Positions 1 through 10,423 of a DNA stretch of 64,000 nucleotides are shown one piece after another. The stretch is from Nitrosopumilus sp. Lineage in GTDB: Archaea; Thermoproteota; Nitrososphaeria; Nitrososphaerales; Nitrosopumilaceae. The stretch spans positions 1,568,001 through 1,632,000 of the forward strand of contig OZ242186.1 of NCBI GenBank assembly GCA_965205675.1. The letters are read 5' to 3'. Made by a program: the position numbers and the translations under genes. The notes under the pieces are model-generated. The model saw only the letters and a program-made list of their open reading frames with translations. It was not told the origin of the DNA and ran no database searches. The first letter of the stretch is position 1; each line of letters begins with the position of its first letter.

Positions 1-135
1 AGATAAAGTAAGATCTTCTTTAATTTTTGGATGATTTGATTTGTGTTTTTAAGGTATGATGCATCTTGTAGATTTTTAATTAATTATTTTCTTTTAGAAA
101 TAGATTTTTATTCAATTTACAAGAATACGTTGCAG

Positions 136-1803
136 ATGGGTCTTAATTATTATCAAATCAAGAAAGATATTCTCAGAGCCCGTAAATTAGTGATAAAGGG
201 AATCAATACTGCAGGATCTGGCCATCCTGGCGGTTCATTTTCGATGGCCGAAATTTTAGGATGTTTATTTAACAAGTATCTAAAATTTGATCCTAAAAAT
301 CCTCAATGGGAAGATAGAGACCGTTTAGTTTTATCCAAAGGACATGCTGCTCCAGGATTATTTTCTAACATGGCAGTTGCAGGATATTTCCCAGAATCTG
401 AAATTGAAACATTACGAAAATTTGGCAGTAAATTACAAGGACATCCAGATTTAAAATGTCCCGGAGTCGAATTTTGTGGAGGCTCTTTAGGTACTGGCTT
501 GTCATACTCTGTTGGCATTGCACTTGCAGCAAAAATTGATTCCAAAGATCATCATGTATACACAATCATTGGGGATGGAGAGTCTGATGAAGGACAAGTT
601 TGGGAGGCGGCCATGACTGCTGCAAAATACAAGGTTGACAATCTTACAGCGTTTCTTGATAGAAATTTCATTCAACAGGATTCATACACTGAAAAAATTA
701 TGCCTCTTGATGAAAATTTAGAGGGTTCTAATATTTCTGAAATGTGGAAGGATACATCACGTTGGAAAACTGGTGATAAATGGAGATCATTTGGTTGGAA
801 TGTTATTGAAATAGATGGACATAGAGTTGAACAAATTGATGCAGCTGTTGCAAAAGCAAATGCAACAAAAGGAGTCCCCACAATAATAATTTCAAGAACA
901 GTCAAAGGCAAATCTGTTGAACATATGGAGGATAATCCTCAATGGCATGGAAAAGCTCCCGATTCAGATGTTGTTCCCATAATTAATTCTGAATTAGATT
1001 CGCAATTCATGATTGCACCTTCTATTATTGCAGGAGACATGACAAATTTAGAGAATGAAATTAAAAGATGTATAGCTGGCAGAGCAGATTACATTCATCT
1101 TGATGTAATGGATGGGCAATTTGTTCCGACAAAAACATTTGATCATAATAAAATCAGGGAATTAAGGCCATTAACGGTAATCCCATTTGATACTCATTTG
1201 ATGATTAATGATCCTGTAAAACATGTAAAAGACTATGTTGATGCTGGTAGTGATATTGTTACTGTCCACGCTGAAGTTATTAACGAATCTAGTTTTGGGG
1301 AAATTCATGATATTTTAAAATCAAATCAAGTGGGTGTAGGTTTTTCAATAAATCCTGGTACTGAATTGCCTGAATGGTCATACAAATTCTTACAATCCAT
1401 TGATCAACTAATTGTAATGTCAGTAGTACCGGGAAAATCAGGTCAGAAATACATTGAAGAAACACATGAAAAAATGTCTAGACTAGGCTCTATTTTGAAA
1501 CAACATAGTTTTTCGGGATATATCGAGGCTGATGGGGGTGTCAATCTAAAAAATATAGATTCGATATTTGCTGATGGCGCACGTGTTTTTGTTGGAGGAG
1601 GTGCAATTATTGGTCAGCAAGATGTTCGAGTTGCTATTAGGGATTTTAGAGATGAGATTCTAAAATCAAGACGACGTGGACTGCTTGCTAAAGCAAATGA
1701 TCTGGGGGGAAGTGAGCTGACAAACAAATGGATTGGATTACATGTAATTGGAGGAAAACAAGATCAAATTAAAAAAATTGCACAGGGGGCAGGATACATT
1801 TGA
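136..1803 (+). CDS. Transketolase N-terminal (TPP-binding) subunit fused to ribulose-phosphate 3-epimerase
   Basis: GSGHPGGSFS, LSKGHAAP, LQGHP and GDGESDEGQVWEA transketolase motifs, then IAPSII, IHLDVMDGQFVP, DTHLM, MSVVPG and EADGG RPE motifs. ATG at 136 is more plausible than the ORF-track start at 43. Confidence 0.93.
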   Translation: MGLNYYQIKKDILRARKLVIKGINTAGSGHPGGSFSMAEILGCLFNKYLKFDPKNPQWEDRDRLVLSKGHAAPGLFSNMAVAGYFPESEIETLRKFGSKLQGHPDLKCPGVEFCGGSLGTGLSYSVGIALAAKIDSKDHHVYTIIGDGESDEGQVWEAAMTAAKYKVDNLTAFLDRNFIQQDSYTEKIMPLDENLEGSNISEMWKDTSRWKTGDKWRSFGWNVIEIDGHRVEQIDAAVAKANATKGVPTIIISRTVKGKSVEHMEDNPQWHGKAPDSDVVPIINSELDSQFMIAPSIIAGDMTNLENEIKRCIAGRADYIHLDVMDGQFVPTKTFDHNKIRELRPLTVIPFDTHLMINDPVKHVKDYVDAGSDIVTVHAEVINESSFGEIHDILKSNQVGVGFSINPGTELPEWSYKFLQSIDQLIVMSVVPGKSGQKYIEETHEKMSRLGSILKQHSFSGYIEADGGVNLKNIDSIFADGARVFVGGGAIIGQQDVRVAIRDFRDEILKSRRRGLLAKANDLGGSELTNKWIGLHVIGGKQDQIKKIAQGAGYI

Positions 1804-2774
1804 ATGAACCAATAATGACGGACATGCGTTCAGAATATTCTAAATCTTTGATTCAATTGGGAAAAGAAAATCCAAATGTTGTTGTTTTAGGTGCAGATAC
1901 AACTGATTCATTGAAAACCTCCAAATTTGAAAAGAAGTTCCCTGATAGATTTTTCAATGTAGGCATTGCCGAGGCTAATCTTGTTACAATATCTGCAGGA
2001 TTGGCCATGTCAGGAAAAATTCCTTTTGCTAGTACTTATGCCATATTTTTACCTGGTAGAGCAGTTGATCAGATCAGAAATAATGTTGCATATCCGTCAC
2101 CTTTAGGAAAAAAAGGACTTGATGTGAAATTAGTTACATCTCATGGGGGTTTGTCAGTAGGGCCTGATGGTGGATCACATCAACAAATTGAAGATATTGC
2201 AATAATGAGAGCAATACCTAATTTCAGAGTTTTCATCCCTGCAGATACTATTGCAGTTTCAAAGTTAACTTCATTGATGAGTAGAGAGTATGGGCCATTT
2301 TACATGAGAATGGCCAGATCAAAAACTCCTCTCATTCATTCTGATTCTCAAGAATTTCAAATTGGTAAAGGTATTACTTTGCGAGATGGTTCTGATTGTA
2401 CAATTGCTGCATGTGGTATTACCGTTAGAATGGCTTTAGAAGCTGCTGAATCATTACAGCGAGAAGGAATTTCTTGTAGAGTTTTAGATATGTTTTCAAT
2501 TAAACCGACAGACCATGAAATTTTAGAAAAAGCTGCCAGAGAAACGGGGGGTATTGTAACTACTGAAGAGCATAATATTATTGGGGGCATGGGTTCAGCC
2601 GTAGCAGAATCTGTTTCTGAATCTTATCCTGTGCCCATTAAGAGAATCGGAGCACAGGATATGTTTGGAGAGTCTGCACGGGATAATGAGATTCCTTTAC
2701 TTTTAGAGAAACACGGGATAACATCTTTTAATATAGCAAAACAAGTTAAAGAAATTAGGAGTAAAAAATTATGA
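1800..2774 (+). CDS. Transketolase C-terminal subunit
   Basis: FNVGIAEANLV, GPDGGSHQ and EEHNIIGGMGSAVAE motifs; overlaps upstream stop. Confidence 0.93.
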   Translation: MNEPIMTDMRSEYSKSLIQLGKENPNVVVLGADTTDSLKTSKFEKKFPDRFFNVGIAEANLVTISAGLAMSGKIPFASTYAIFLPGRAVDQIRNNVAYPSPLGKKGLDVKLVTSHGGLSVGPDGGSHQQIEDIAIMRAIPNFRVFIPADTIAVSKLTSLMSREYGPFYMRMARSKTPLIHSDSQEFQIGKGITLRDGSDCTIAACGITVRMALEAAESLQREGISCRVLDMFSIKPTDHEILEKAARETGGIVTTEEHNIIGGMGSAVAESVSESYPVPIKRIGAQDMFGESARDNEIPLLLEKHGITSFNIAKQVKEIRSKKL

Positions 2775-3436
2775 AAATTTTCCTAGATACTGCAAATCTT
2801 GAATCTATTAAAAAATTTAATGATATGGGATTGTTAGATGGAATTACGACTAATCCTTCTCTCATGTCAAAAGAAGGCGGCAATCCAAAAGATGCCATGG
2901 AAGAAATTACAAAAATAATCAAAGGCGACGTAAGTCTAGAAGTTGTCAGTACTGAATACTCTGGAATGATGCAAGAAGGTAAACGTCTTCGTCAATATGG
3001 AGACAATGTTGTAGTTAAAGTTCCTATGACTCCAGATGGACTAAAAGCATGCAAGTCTCTTTCTTCTGAAGGGATTCCGGTTAATGTCACATTGATCTTT
3101 TCTGCAAACCAAGCTTTACTTGCTGCAAAATCTGGTGCAAAATATGTTAGCCCATTTATTGGAAGATTAGACGATGTTGGCCAAGATGGAATGCGATTAA
3201 TTTTAGAAATTAAAGAAATTTTTTCAAATTATGATTTTGGAACTCAAATTCTTGTTGCAAGTGTTCGTCATCCACTACATGTAGTTGACGCTGCAAAAAT
3301 AGGTGCTGATGTTGTTACATTGCCTCCTGGTGTATTAAATAAAATGTTATTACACCCATTAACAAAAATTGGCTTGGAGAACTTTCTTGCTGATTGGGAC
3401 AAACTAAAATCTGGAAATTCTGATATCAAAATATAA
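2771..3436 (+). CDS. tal: Transaldolase / fructose-6-phosphate aldolase family
   Basis: IFLDTAN, GITTNPSL, VVVKVP, NVTLIFS, YVSPFIGRLDD, ASVRHP. Confidence 0.92.
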   Translation: MKIFLDTANLESIKKFNDMGLLDGITTNPSLMSKEGGNPKDAMEEITKIIKGDVSLEVVSTEYSGMMQEGKRLRQYGDNVVVKVPMTPDGLKACKSLSSEGIPVNVTLIFSANQALLAAKSGAKYVSPFIGRLDDVGQDGMRLILEIKEIFSNYDFGTQILVASVRHPLHVVDAAKIGADVVTLPPGVLNKMLLHPLTKIGLENFLADWDKLKSGNSDIKI

Positions 3437-3496
3437 TAAAATTTAGAGAATAACATCAAACAAAAATTCCAAAAATGAAGAATTGATGTAATTCTA

Positions 3497-3757
3497 TTAT
3501 CCTTTACTTTTTCTAGAACCTGTACCTCTACCTGTACTGATTGTTCTACCTTTTGTACTGGCAGATTTCTTTGATTCAGGCATATCTCCTAGCTTTCTAG
3601 AACCAGTTCCGCGACCTGATGACACCGTTCTATTTGATGCTGCTTTCTTTCTTGCTTCTTGGATCTTTTTGAAATCATCTCCAGACCATTTTGAAGCATC
3701 GTCGTCAACTTCAATAGTTCCTGTGCCTCTGCCTGTTCTAATTTTAATTTTCCCCAT
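3497..3757 (-). CDS. Small basic hypothetical protein with three GRGTG repeats
   Basis: 86-aa ORF with RTGRGTGT, SSGRGTGSRK and STGRGTGSRK. Confidence 0.7.
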   Translation of the reverse strand: MGKIKIRTGRGTGTIEVDDDASKWSGDDFKKIQEARKKAASNRTVSSGRGTGSRKLGDMPESKKSASTKGRTISTGRGTGSRKSKG

Positions 3758-3823
3758 AGTCTAGATAAAATTATCTTGTATTTATCTAAGCTCATTTTTG
3801 CAAATAACTCTAGATTTTTTATT

Positions 3824-4846
3824 TTAACTACTGATCCAACCCAATTTTTTAAAATATGTAAACATCATGATTGCAGGTATCGCCGATGCAATTATTACAA
3901 CTATGAATGTTGTAAATGGCCCTAAAACCATCGAGTTATCTCCAATACCTCCGGGCAGATCAACATTCATTCCATAAAATGTCCCAATCACTGTTGATGG
4001 AATTGCCAAGGTGAAAATTATTGTCAATACTGCAAGGACTTTGTTAGTTTTTTCAGTACTTAGCACAAAATCGGTATCTTTGTAAATTTCCATAGTTTCC
4101 CTTGATTCTTCTAACGTTTCAATCACTTTGTCAATGTGGTCAATTACGTCATCATAGTATAATGTGAGTTCGTCATCTTCACTGCCTGGAAATCGTTTTA
4201 CATGTTTTGCTATTTCTAGCACAAATTTCTTTAATGGATTAGATATTCTTCTTAATTTGTTAATCTCTCGTCTAAGTAGAGCAATACTTCTTGCTACTGG
4301 TTTTGTTTCATCAAAAACCCGATCTTCAATTTCATCTAGATTTGCAATAATTTTTCTTGACGTATGCAACAGATCATCTACTAGAACATCTATAATCTCG
4401 TGAAGTAACAATCCTGAAGATTTACCTAGCAATCTTTCTTTTCTTTGTTGATCAGAATGAGTTTTACAAATTTCCACTAATTCTACTAGAGGTTTAAGAT
4501 CTCCTTGATGAACAGTAACTAGGAAATCTTTTCCTATGAATATTGATAACTGACTATTTTTTGATACTCCTATTTTTTGTGCCAGTGGTGGAAAATGAAG
4601 AATTACAAAGAAATGATCATCATAACTGTCTAGTTTTGGGAGTTCAAATTTAGTCATACAGTCTTCTATGTTTAATGCATTGAAATTGTATTTTTCAGCT
4701 AATTTTTCAACATCATTTCTATCAGGATTTTGCAAATCAATCCACACAAATTTCTCTCCTTGAATGGTCTCCATCTTATTTTCAATAGGAGTTTTCACTG
4801 ATTTTTTATTCGAGCGTAATCTACTTGTAAGGAATCCTTTTTTCAT
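3824..4846 (-). CDS. corA: CorA-family magnesium transporter
   Basis: WIDL motif, two C-terminal TM helices with the YGMN signature. Confidence 0.93.
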   Translation of the reverse strand: MKKGFLTSRLRSNKKSVKTPIENKMETIQGEKFVWIDLQNPDRNDVEKLAEKYNFNALNIEDCMTKFELPKLDSYDDHFFVILHFPPLAQKIGVSKNSQLSIFIGKDFLVTVHQGDLKPLVELVEICKTHSDQQRKERLLGKSSGLLLHEIIDVLVDDLLHTSRKIIANLDEIEDRVFDETKPVARSIALLRREINKLRRISNPLKKFVLEIAKHVKRFPGSEDDELTLYYDDVIDHIDKVIETLEESRETMEIYKDTDFVLSTEKTNKVLAVLTIIFTLAIPSTVIGTFYGMNVDLPGGIGDNSMVLGPFTTFIVVIIASAIPAIMMFTYFKKLGWISS

Positions 4847-5122
4847 GTCGAAAAATATCTTAATCTAACAAATTTAAAGCGATCGCTACGATATAATCAA
4901 AATTAGTTTAATTTTTAAATTTGAGGCCGATCTAATTTGAATGATTTACTACAACCATGGAAGAAAATAATTAATGCCTGTCCAAACGAGCCCTATCGAT
5001 ATTGCCATTGCAATCCACCACTTTCGCATATATCAACTCTTACCTAGTCAATAATAAATCTACAGTCTGATTTTCATCATAATCTTAAAGATTATTACTG
5101 GATGATCAAATTTCTTTTTTGT

Positions 5123-5195
5123 GGCCCTCGTAGTACAGTGGTTAGTATAGAGGATTGTGGATCCTCGGACAGGAGTTCGATTCCCCTCGAGGGCC
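5123..5195 (+). tRNA. tRNA-His (GTG)
   Basis: Acceptor stem GCCCTCG/CGAGGGC, anticodon arm GAGGA-TTGTGGA-TCCTC, GTTCGATTC T-loop; a G is encoded at position -1. Confidence 0.93.
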
Positions 5196-5205
5196 CCTCC
5201 GATTT

Positions 5206-5574
5206 TTAAAAAATACCGAATTTGCTTGATTCCATCTCTTCTTTGATGGCAAGTTTGAATCTAGGCGATTTAGATTCCACATTCTTTGTTAACCATGACA
5301 AAAATTTTTTCTCATTTCCCTTGCCTTTCAATTTTTCAAAATCTACGCCCATCATTTCGATTAGTCTCTCAATTAATGATCTGTTCACACTTAACACAAA
5401 AAAATGCCATCCAAACGCAAACTCTGAATCAGTCATAACAAAATCATTCTCACCATGCACCATTTCCTCCAAAAGGGATAATTGATGAGTCAGTGCCTTG
5501 CTTGTTTCATCATAATCTACTGCAGAAACATTGATGTTTAATCTACTGTTCATGTTTGATTTAGATAAAAACAA
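5206..5574 (-). CDS. Hypothetical protein (start may be a few codons downstream)
   Basis: Open 122-aa ORF in a co-directional core run. Confidence 0.65.
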   Translation of the reverse strand: MFLSKSNMNSRLNINVSAVDYDETSKALTHQLSLLEEMVHGENDFVMTDSEFAFGWHFFVLSVNRSLIERLIEMMGVDFEKLKGKGNEKKFLSWLTKNVESKSPRFKLAIKEEMESSKFGIF

Positions 5575-5593
5575 GATAAAAAGATTACACAGA

Positions 5594-6355
5594 TTATTCT
5601 TTTAAAAGATATTCAAAATCAATATCAAAATGTATTTTCATAATGCTAATGTATGTTTTAATGGATTCTGGAATTTCTTCTCCACATGCTACTCCTAATT
5701 CTCTAGCATTAATCCAAATTATCAGTGTCTGAATAATTGTCAGAAATCTATCATTTTTAACATCTGGCGATCCAATGGATTTGGTGTACCTTTCAGCAAA
5801 TTCCCATGCTGTAACAAAATCTACACATTTTACGCCAAAAATTGTTAATAGTTGTTCTTGCATATTTTGTGCTTTTTTAAATGGAGTTTGATTTATGATG
5901 TAAGGAAATTCCACCTTATTTGGAAGACAGCCTAGAAGAGGGCCCCAAATAGTAATTATCTTGGTTTTAGGTTTTAGTGCTTCAAATTTTTCCATCATAC
6001 TATGAATTATGCTCTCATCTGTAAACCAGAATAAAATCACACTGGCTTCTGAAATATCTGATTCTTGTATATCTTGACAAATTAATTCTGCCTTGGTATT
6101 ATTTTCTTCAAGAGTTTTCTTTGTTTGTTTTATTTTTTCAGGATTATTATCTATTCCAACTGCTTTTTTGACACCAAATTCTTTAACAGCTAATTGAATT
6201 CCTTTTTCATCTTGACAGCCTAAATGATAAAAAATATCTTCTTTATCTAAATTCACAAATTTAAAAATCTCCCTAAATGATTTTTCAGGTAGCTGGACGT
6301 CTTCACCACTAAGTAAATTGTCTGGTAATGTTTCTAAATATTCTTCAATTTTCAT
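5594..6355 (-). CDS. Class I SAM-dependent methyltransferase-like protein
   Basis: DIFYHLGC, AVGIDNN and DISEASVILFW resemble motifs I/II/IV. Confidence 0.75.
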   Translation of the reverse strand: MKIEEYLETLPDNLLSGEDVQLPEKSFREIFKFVNLDKEDIFYHLGCQDEKGIQLAVKEFGVKKAVGIDNNPEKIKQTKKTLEENNTKAELICQDIQESDISEASVILFWFTDESIIHSMMEKFEALKPKTKIITIWGPLLGCLPNKVEFPYIINQTPFKKAQNMQEQLLTIFGVKCVDFVTAWEFAERYTKSIGSPDVKNDRFLTIIQTLIIWINARELGVACGEEIPESIKTYISIMKIHFDIDFEYLLKE

Positions 6356-6380
6356 TGTGTTTGGTATAATAAACGAGAAT

Positions 6381-6659
6381 TTATTCTCTTATGCTTTCTA
6401 GCTTTGAAACTGCTTGCCATAATTGAGTTCTTACGTATGATGGCATGTTAGGATCTTGTGTAACATCATCTAGTAGACTAATGGTATTTGCGGCCCTAAC
6501 TGATAGAGAATATTCTGGATTATTTAGATCTGCAATCAAGTCTGTAATTGATTTTTTTATTGTTTTTGGAGTAGAGTTGCTGGCTGTAATTTGTTCTAAT
6601 GTCTCAATCGCTTCCTTCATGGATTCTTTATTTTGAGTATCGTCAACCATTTTTATCAT
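6381..6659 (-). CDS. UPF0147-family archaeal protein
   Basis: VRAANTISLLDDVTQDPNMPSYVRTQLWQAVSKLE signature. Confidence 0.85.
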   Translation of the reverse strand: MIKMVDDTQNKESMKEAIETLEQITASNSTPKTIKKSITDLIADLNNPEYSLSVRAANTISLLDDVTQDPNMPSYVRTQLWQAVSKLESIRE

Positions 6660-6686
6660 CTTTTCTTAAAAATTAGAAGTATATAG

Positions 6687-6995
6687 TTACATCTCTACAA
6701 AAACATTGTCTGATTCTACAACAACATTATATGGTGTCAAATCTCTAATTTTTGCTGGGAATTTCATTAATTTGCCAGTCTTACAATCAAATTCTGCTGC
6801 GTGCCACCCACAAGTAATGGTACACCCATCTAATTTTCCTTCAGATAGGCTAGAACCTGAATGAGTACATGAGTCATCTGTTGCACAATACTCTCCATCA
6901 ATATTTGCTACTAATATGTCTCTACCATCAACTGATAGTTTGATCATTTTTCCAGGAGTAATATCTGATGTTTTACCGGCAATAACTTTACTCAT
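6687..6995 (-). CDS. Rieske [2Fe-2S] ferredoxin
   Basis: CTH...CGWH Rieske ligands. Confidence 0.9.
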   Translation of the reverse strand: MSKVIAGKTSDITPGKMIKLSVDGRDILVANIDGEYCATDDSCTHSGSSLSEGKLDGCTITCGWHAAEFDCKTGKLMKFPAKIRDLTPYNVVVESDNVFVEM

Positions 6996-7035
6996 TGAAG
7001 TTTTTATCTAATCATTCTTAATAATTTTTTGTATA

Positions 7036-7824
7036 ATGGCAAATCTAGAAATTCGAGAGGCAAATGATTCAGATAAAGTTTCAGTTTTAGGATTTTGTAA
7101 AAATACTTTTTCATGGGGTGATTATATAGAACATGTTTGGAATTTTTGGTTATCAGAAGGTTATTTGTTTTTAGCTCAAAAACCAAATCCTGTTGGAATT
7201 TGTCATGCATTTTATTCTGACAGTCAAATCTGGATTGAGGGAATTAGAATTGAATCCTCCTCTCGTCGTCAAAATATTGCCTCTAAACTGATAAGACACA
7301 CAGAAATTATTGGTTCGAAGAAAAACCTTTCTTTTTCATACATGTTAATTGATACAGAAAATTCTATTTCGATTTCAATGGCAAATTCTTTAAACTATGA
7401 AATTTTTCAAACATGGAATTTTTACTCTATGGAACCAAAAATTAACTTAAATCACAATGCTACCTTTGAAAGATCGTTTAATCACAAATTTTATACTCAT
7501 TATGTCAAATCTTGGAGATGGCTTCCACTTGATGAAACAATACTAGAATCTCTTCATGAACAAAACCGAATTGTTTATTCTAGCATTGGTGGGAAAAACT
7601 CTGTTGCCATTCTCACGGATTCTGAACATTTTGGGAAAACTCTTATTGTCACTTTATTTTCTGGTTCTGATGAATCTGTATGTGAAATTCTTTCTTTTTT
7701 GCAAAATTTTGGTTGGAATAAAGACTATAAAAGAATCCAAATCTTAACTCAAGAAAAATTACCAAATTTTGATTCCTTGGAATCCAAAATTTTATTTTAT
7801 TTAATGAAAAAATCTTTGAATTAA
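7036..7824 (+). CDS. GNAT-family N-acetyltransferase
   Basis: WIEGIRI...RRQNIASKL motif A; N..S..MA..LNY motif B. Confidence 0.8.
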   Translation: MANLEIREANDSDKVSVLGFCKNTFSWGDYIEHVWNFWLSEGYLFLAQKPNPVGICHAFYSDSQIWIEGIRIESSSRRQNIASKLIRHTEIIGSKKNLSFSYMLIDTENSISISMANSLNYEIFQTWNFYSMEPKINLNHNATFERSFNHKFYTHYVKSWRWLPLDETILESLHEQNRIVYSSIGGKNSVAILTDSEHFGKTLIVTLFSGSDESVCEILSFLQNFGWNKDYKRIQILTQEKLPNFDSLESKILFYLMKKSLN

Positions 7825-8690
7825 TTCGATTTAACGATTTTTATTGTATTGTTCAAAATTCCCAGATTCTCAATTTCCATTTCTATTTTATCCCCATCTT
7901 TTAAGAACACTGCATTTGGTTTGTTTAACATAACTCCAGATGGAGTTCCTGTAGAAATAATATCTCCTTTCTCCAATGTCATTACTTTGGAAATTTTTGA
8001 AATAATTTCTGGAATTTTAATGAACATATTATTTGATGAGGAATTTTGTCTTAATTCTCCATTTACTTTGGTTGTCATTTTGAGATTTTGGGGATCTTTG
8101 ATTTCATCTTTTGTTGTAATCCATGGTCCACAAGGTGCAAATGAATCAAAACTTTTTCCTCTTGTGAATTGTTTATCTTTGAATTGGATATCTCTTGCTG
8201 AAACATCATTGAATACCATATATCCAAAAATTGCATCAAAAGCAGCCTCTGCGCTAATATTTTTACAGTTTTTTCCTACAATCAATGCTAATTCTACTTC
8301 ATAATCTAACTGTGTAACAAAGTCTGGACACACAATATCTGAATTCGTGCTGTTTAGTGCAGTTCGTGGTTTTATAACTAAGGCAGGATCTTCTGGTACT
8401 GGTAACCCTTGTTCTTTAGCATGATCGACATAGTTGAATGCTAAACAAATTATTTTGTTAGGATTGGGAATCGGCGATAATAATTTATATTTTGAAATGT
8501 TTTCTGCATATGGCAAGTCATTGACTTTATTTTTAATTTCATCATACCATCCATCAAAAAGAAAATTCTTAATATTTTGAGGAATTGGCACGCCTGTCAA
8601 GTAAGTAATTTCATCTTTAGTTGATACTTTATCCCCGTTAACAAAGCCATATGTTTCATTATTATCATGTACTAGTCGTGCAATTTTCAT
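7821..8690 (-). CDS. Fumarylacetoacetate hydrolase family protein
   Basis: NYVDHAKE, LDYEVELA, NDVSARD, GKSFDSFAPCGP, GDIISTGTP. Confidence 0.92.
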   Translation of the reverse strand: MKIARLVHDNNETYGFVNGDKVSTKDEITYLTGVPIPQNIKNFLFDGWYDEIKNKVNDLPYAENISKYKLLSPIPNPNKIICLAFNYVDHAKEQGLPVPEDPALVIKPRTALNSTNSDIVCPDFVTQLDYEVELALIVGKNCKNISAEAAFDAIFGYMVFNDVSARDIQFKDKQFTRGKSFDSFAPCGPWITTKDEIKDPQNLKMTTKVNGELRQNSSSNNMFIKIPEIISKISKVMTLEKGDIISTGTPSGVMLNKPNAVFLKDGDKIEMEIENLGILNNTIKIVKSN

Positions 8691-8696
8691 AATGAA

Positions 8697-10406
8697 TCAC
8701 TTGTGTGTAAAAATGGCTTGATTCTGTGAATCTTTTCTACAATATCCAAATCTAACAAACTGAATTTCCTCTTCTTCTTTTAATTGTAGATAATATGGTT
8801 CTGTATAAACGTCTAATTCTTCTAAACTATTTTCATTAAATTCTTCATCATTAAACAATGTTTTTGGGATAACCATCTTTATTGCATGTGCCGTTTTCTG
8901 CGGAATCCACTGAATTTTTGGAATATCATTTATTTTTCCATCTTTAACAAATTCTCCCTCTAACTCTATGCCTTGTTTAGTGATAGATACATTGCCTAGT
9001 CCTAAAAGACGAATTTGTGTTCCTTCTTTGATCGTTTGTGCATCTTCTCCAGAAATGTAAAAATTCTCATCAATTTCAATAGTTCGTGTTCCCATATCGT
9101 TTATGGGATGATTTGGAATTTCAACAGAGGATGCTAACAAGTTTTTTACTCTGAGTTTTTTTGCGTTACTTACCATGAATAGTCTTATACTGTTTGGATC
9201 GATAAATTTTCGATTAAAAGCTTCTAGTGCATCAAATGGTGCCAGAGTATTTGCCTTAGTTAATCCCAATGACATGATAAATTTCCTAATCGCTTCGGGT
9301 TTGATTCCTCTTCTTCTTAATGCCTCTAAAGTTGGGAGTCTTGGGTCATCATACCATGAGACTTTTCCTTCTTCAATCAGGGGTTTGATGATTCTTTTTG
9401 ATATTGGCATTCCTTTGAATTCTAGTCTGGAGAAAAAGCCTTGTGTTGGTTTTCGCATCTTTAATGCATCTAAAATCGCATCAATTAGTTCTTTTCTCAA
9501 TTCAAATTCTTTTGAACGAAAAGCATGAGTAACTCCATCAATACTATCTTCTATTGCTACGGCCATATCGTAACTTGGCCATATTCTATATTTTTCTCCT
9601 AATGTGTAATGTTTTCCTTCTATAATTCTAAACAAAACTGGATCTCGCATAACTGCATTATCTGCTTTCATGTCTCCACGAAATCTAACGATGGCATCCC
9701 CTGGTTTGAATTTTGTATTCATCTTTTCCCAATTTTTATTATTTTTATCAATATTTCCTGTACTGCATTTACATGCTTTTCTCGCTCTTCTGTTTTTGCT
9801 GATATCTTCTCTTTTACAAGTACAAACATATGCTTTTCCCGAATTAATCATCTCATTTCCTTTTTCATAAAATAACTCCATATCATCTGATGTACTTTTT
9901 ACGATATCAAATTCTATTCCCAACCATTCCAGTCCTACTTTGATAGCAGCATGATATTCCATTCTCTCTACTTCGGGATTTGTATCATCCATTCTTAGAA
10001 TGAATTTGCCACCATACATTTTTGCATATTCTGAATTAATGATAGCAGCTTTGGCATGACCTATGTGTGGATATCCATTAGGCTCTGGAGGAAATCTGGT
10101 TATCACTTTTCCTTGTTCTGCATCTTTTAATTCTGGAAGTCCTTCCCTTTCTTCAATTTTTTCTTTAGGTGCTAAAATTTCTGGAAAGTTTTCTTTAATT
10201 TCTTTTTCTTGTTCTTCTGATGATAATTGGTTAACTGATGAGACAATTTCAGAAATTCCCCCTGCAATTTCATTTACTTTATTTCTAAATTCGGGCTTTA
10301 TTCCTAAAATTTTTCCTAAAATTATTTTATCTCTAGTTTCTCCTCCATGCTCAAAAGCATTTTGCAGAGTCATCTTTCTAATTTCTTTTCTTAATTCTTC
10401 ATCCAT
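8697..10406 (-). CDS. gltX: Glutamyl-tRNA synthetase (archaeal type)
   Basis: RFPPEPNGYPHIGH (HIGH), LRMDDTNP, ISKR, WYDDPRLPTL, QFVRFGY. Confidence 0.96.
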   Translation of the reverse strand: MDEELRKEIRKMTLQNAFEHGGETRDKIILGKILGIKPEFRNKVNEIAGGISEIVSSVNQLSSEEQEKEIKENFPEILAPKEKIEEREGLPELKDAEQGKVITRFPPEPNGYPHIGHAKAAIINSEYAKMYGGKFILRMDDTNPEVERMEYHAAIKVGLEWLGIEFDIVKSTSDDMELFYEKGNEMINSGKAYVCTCKREDISKNRRARKACKCSTGNIDKNNKNWEKMNTKFKPGDAIVRFRGDMKADNAVMRDPVLFRIIEGKHYTLGEKYRIWPSYDMAVAIEDSIDGVTHAFRSKEFELRKELIDAILDALKMRKPTQGFFSRLEFKGMPISKRIIKPLIEEGKVSWYDDPRLPTLEALRRRGIKPEAIRKFIMSLGLTKANTLAPFDALEAFNRKFIDPNSIRLFMVSNAKKLRVKNLLASSVEIPNHPINDMGTRTIEIDENFYISGEDAQTIKEGTQIRLLGLGNVSITKQGIELEGEFVKDGKINDIPKIQWIPQKTAHAIKMVIPKTLFNDEEFNENSLEELDVYTEPYYLQLKEEEEIQFVRFGYCRKDSQNQAIFTHK

Positions 10407-10423
10407 GCTCTTACCTATTACAA

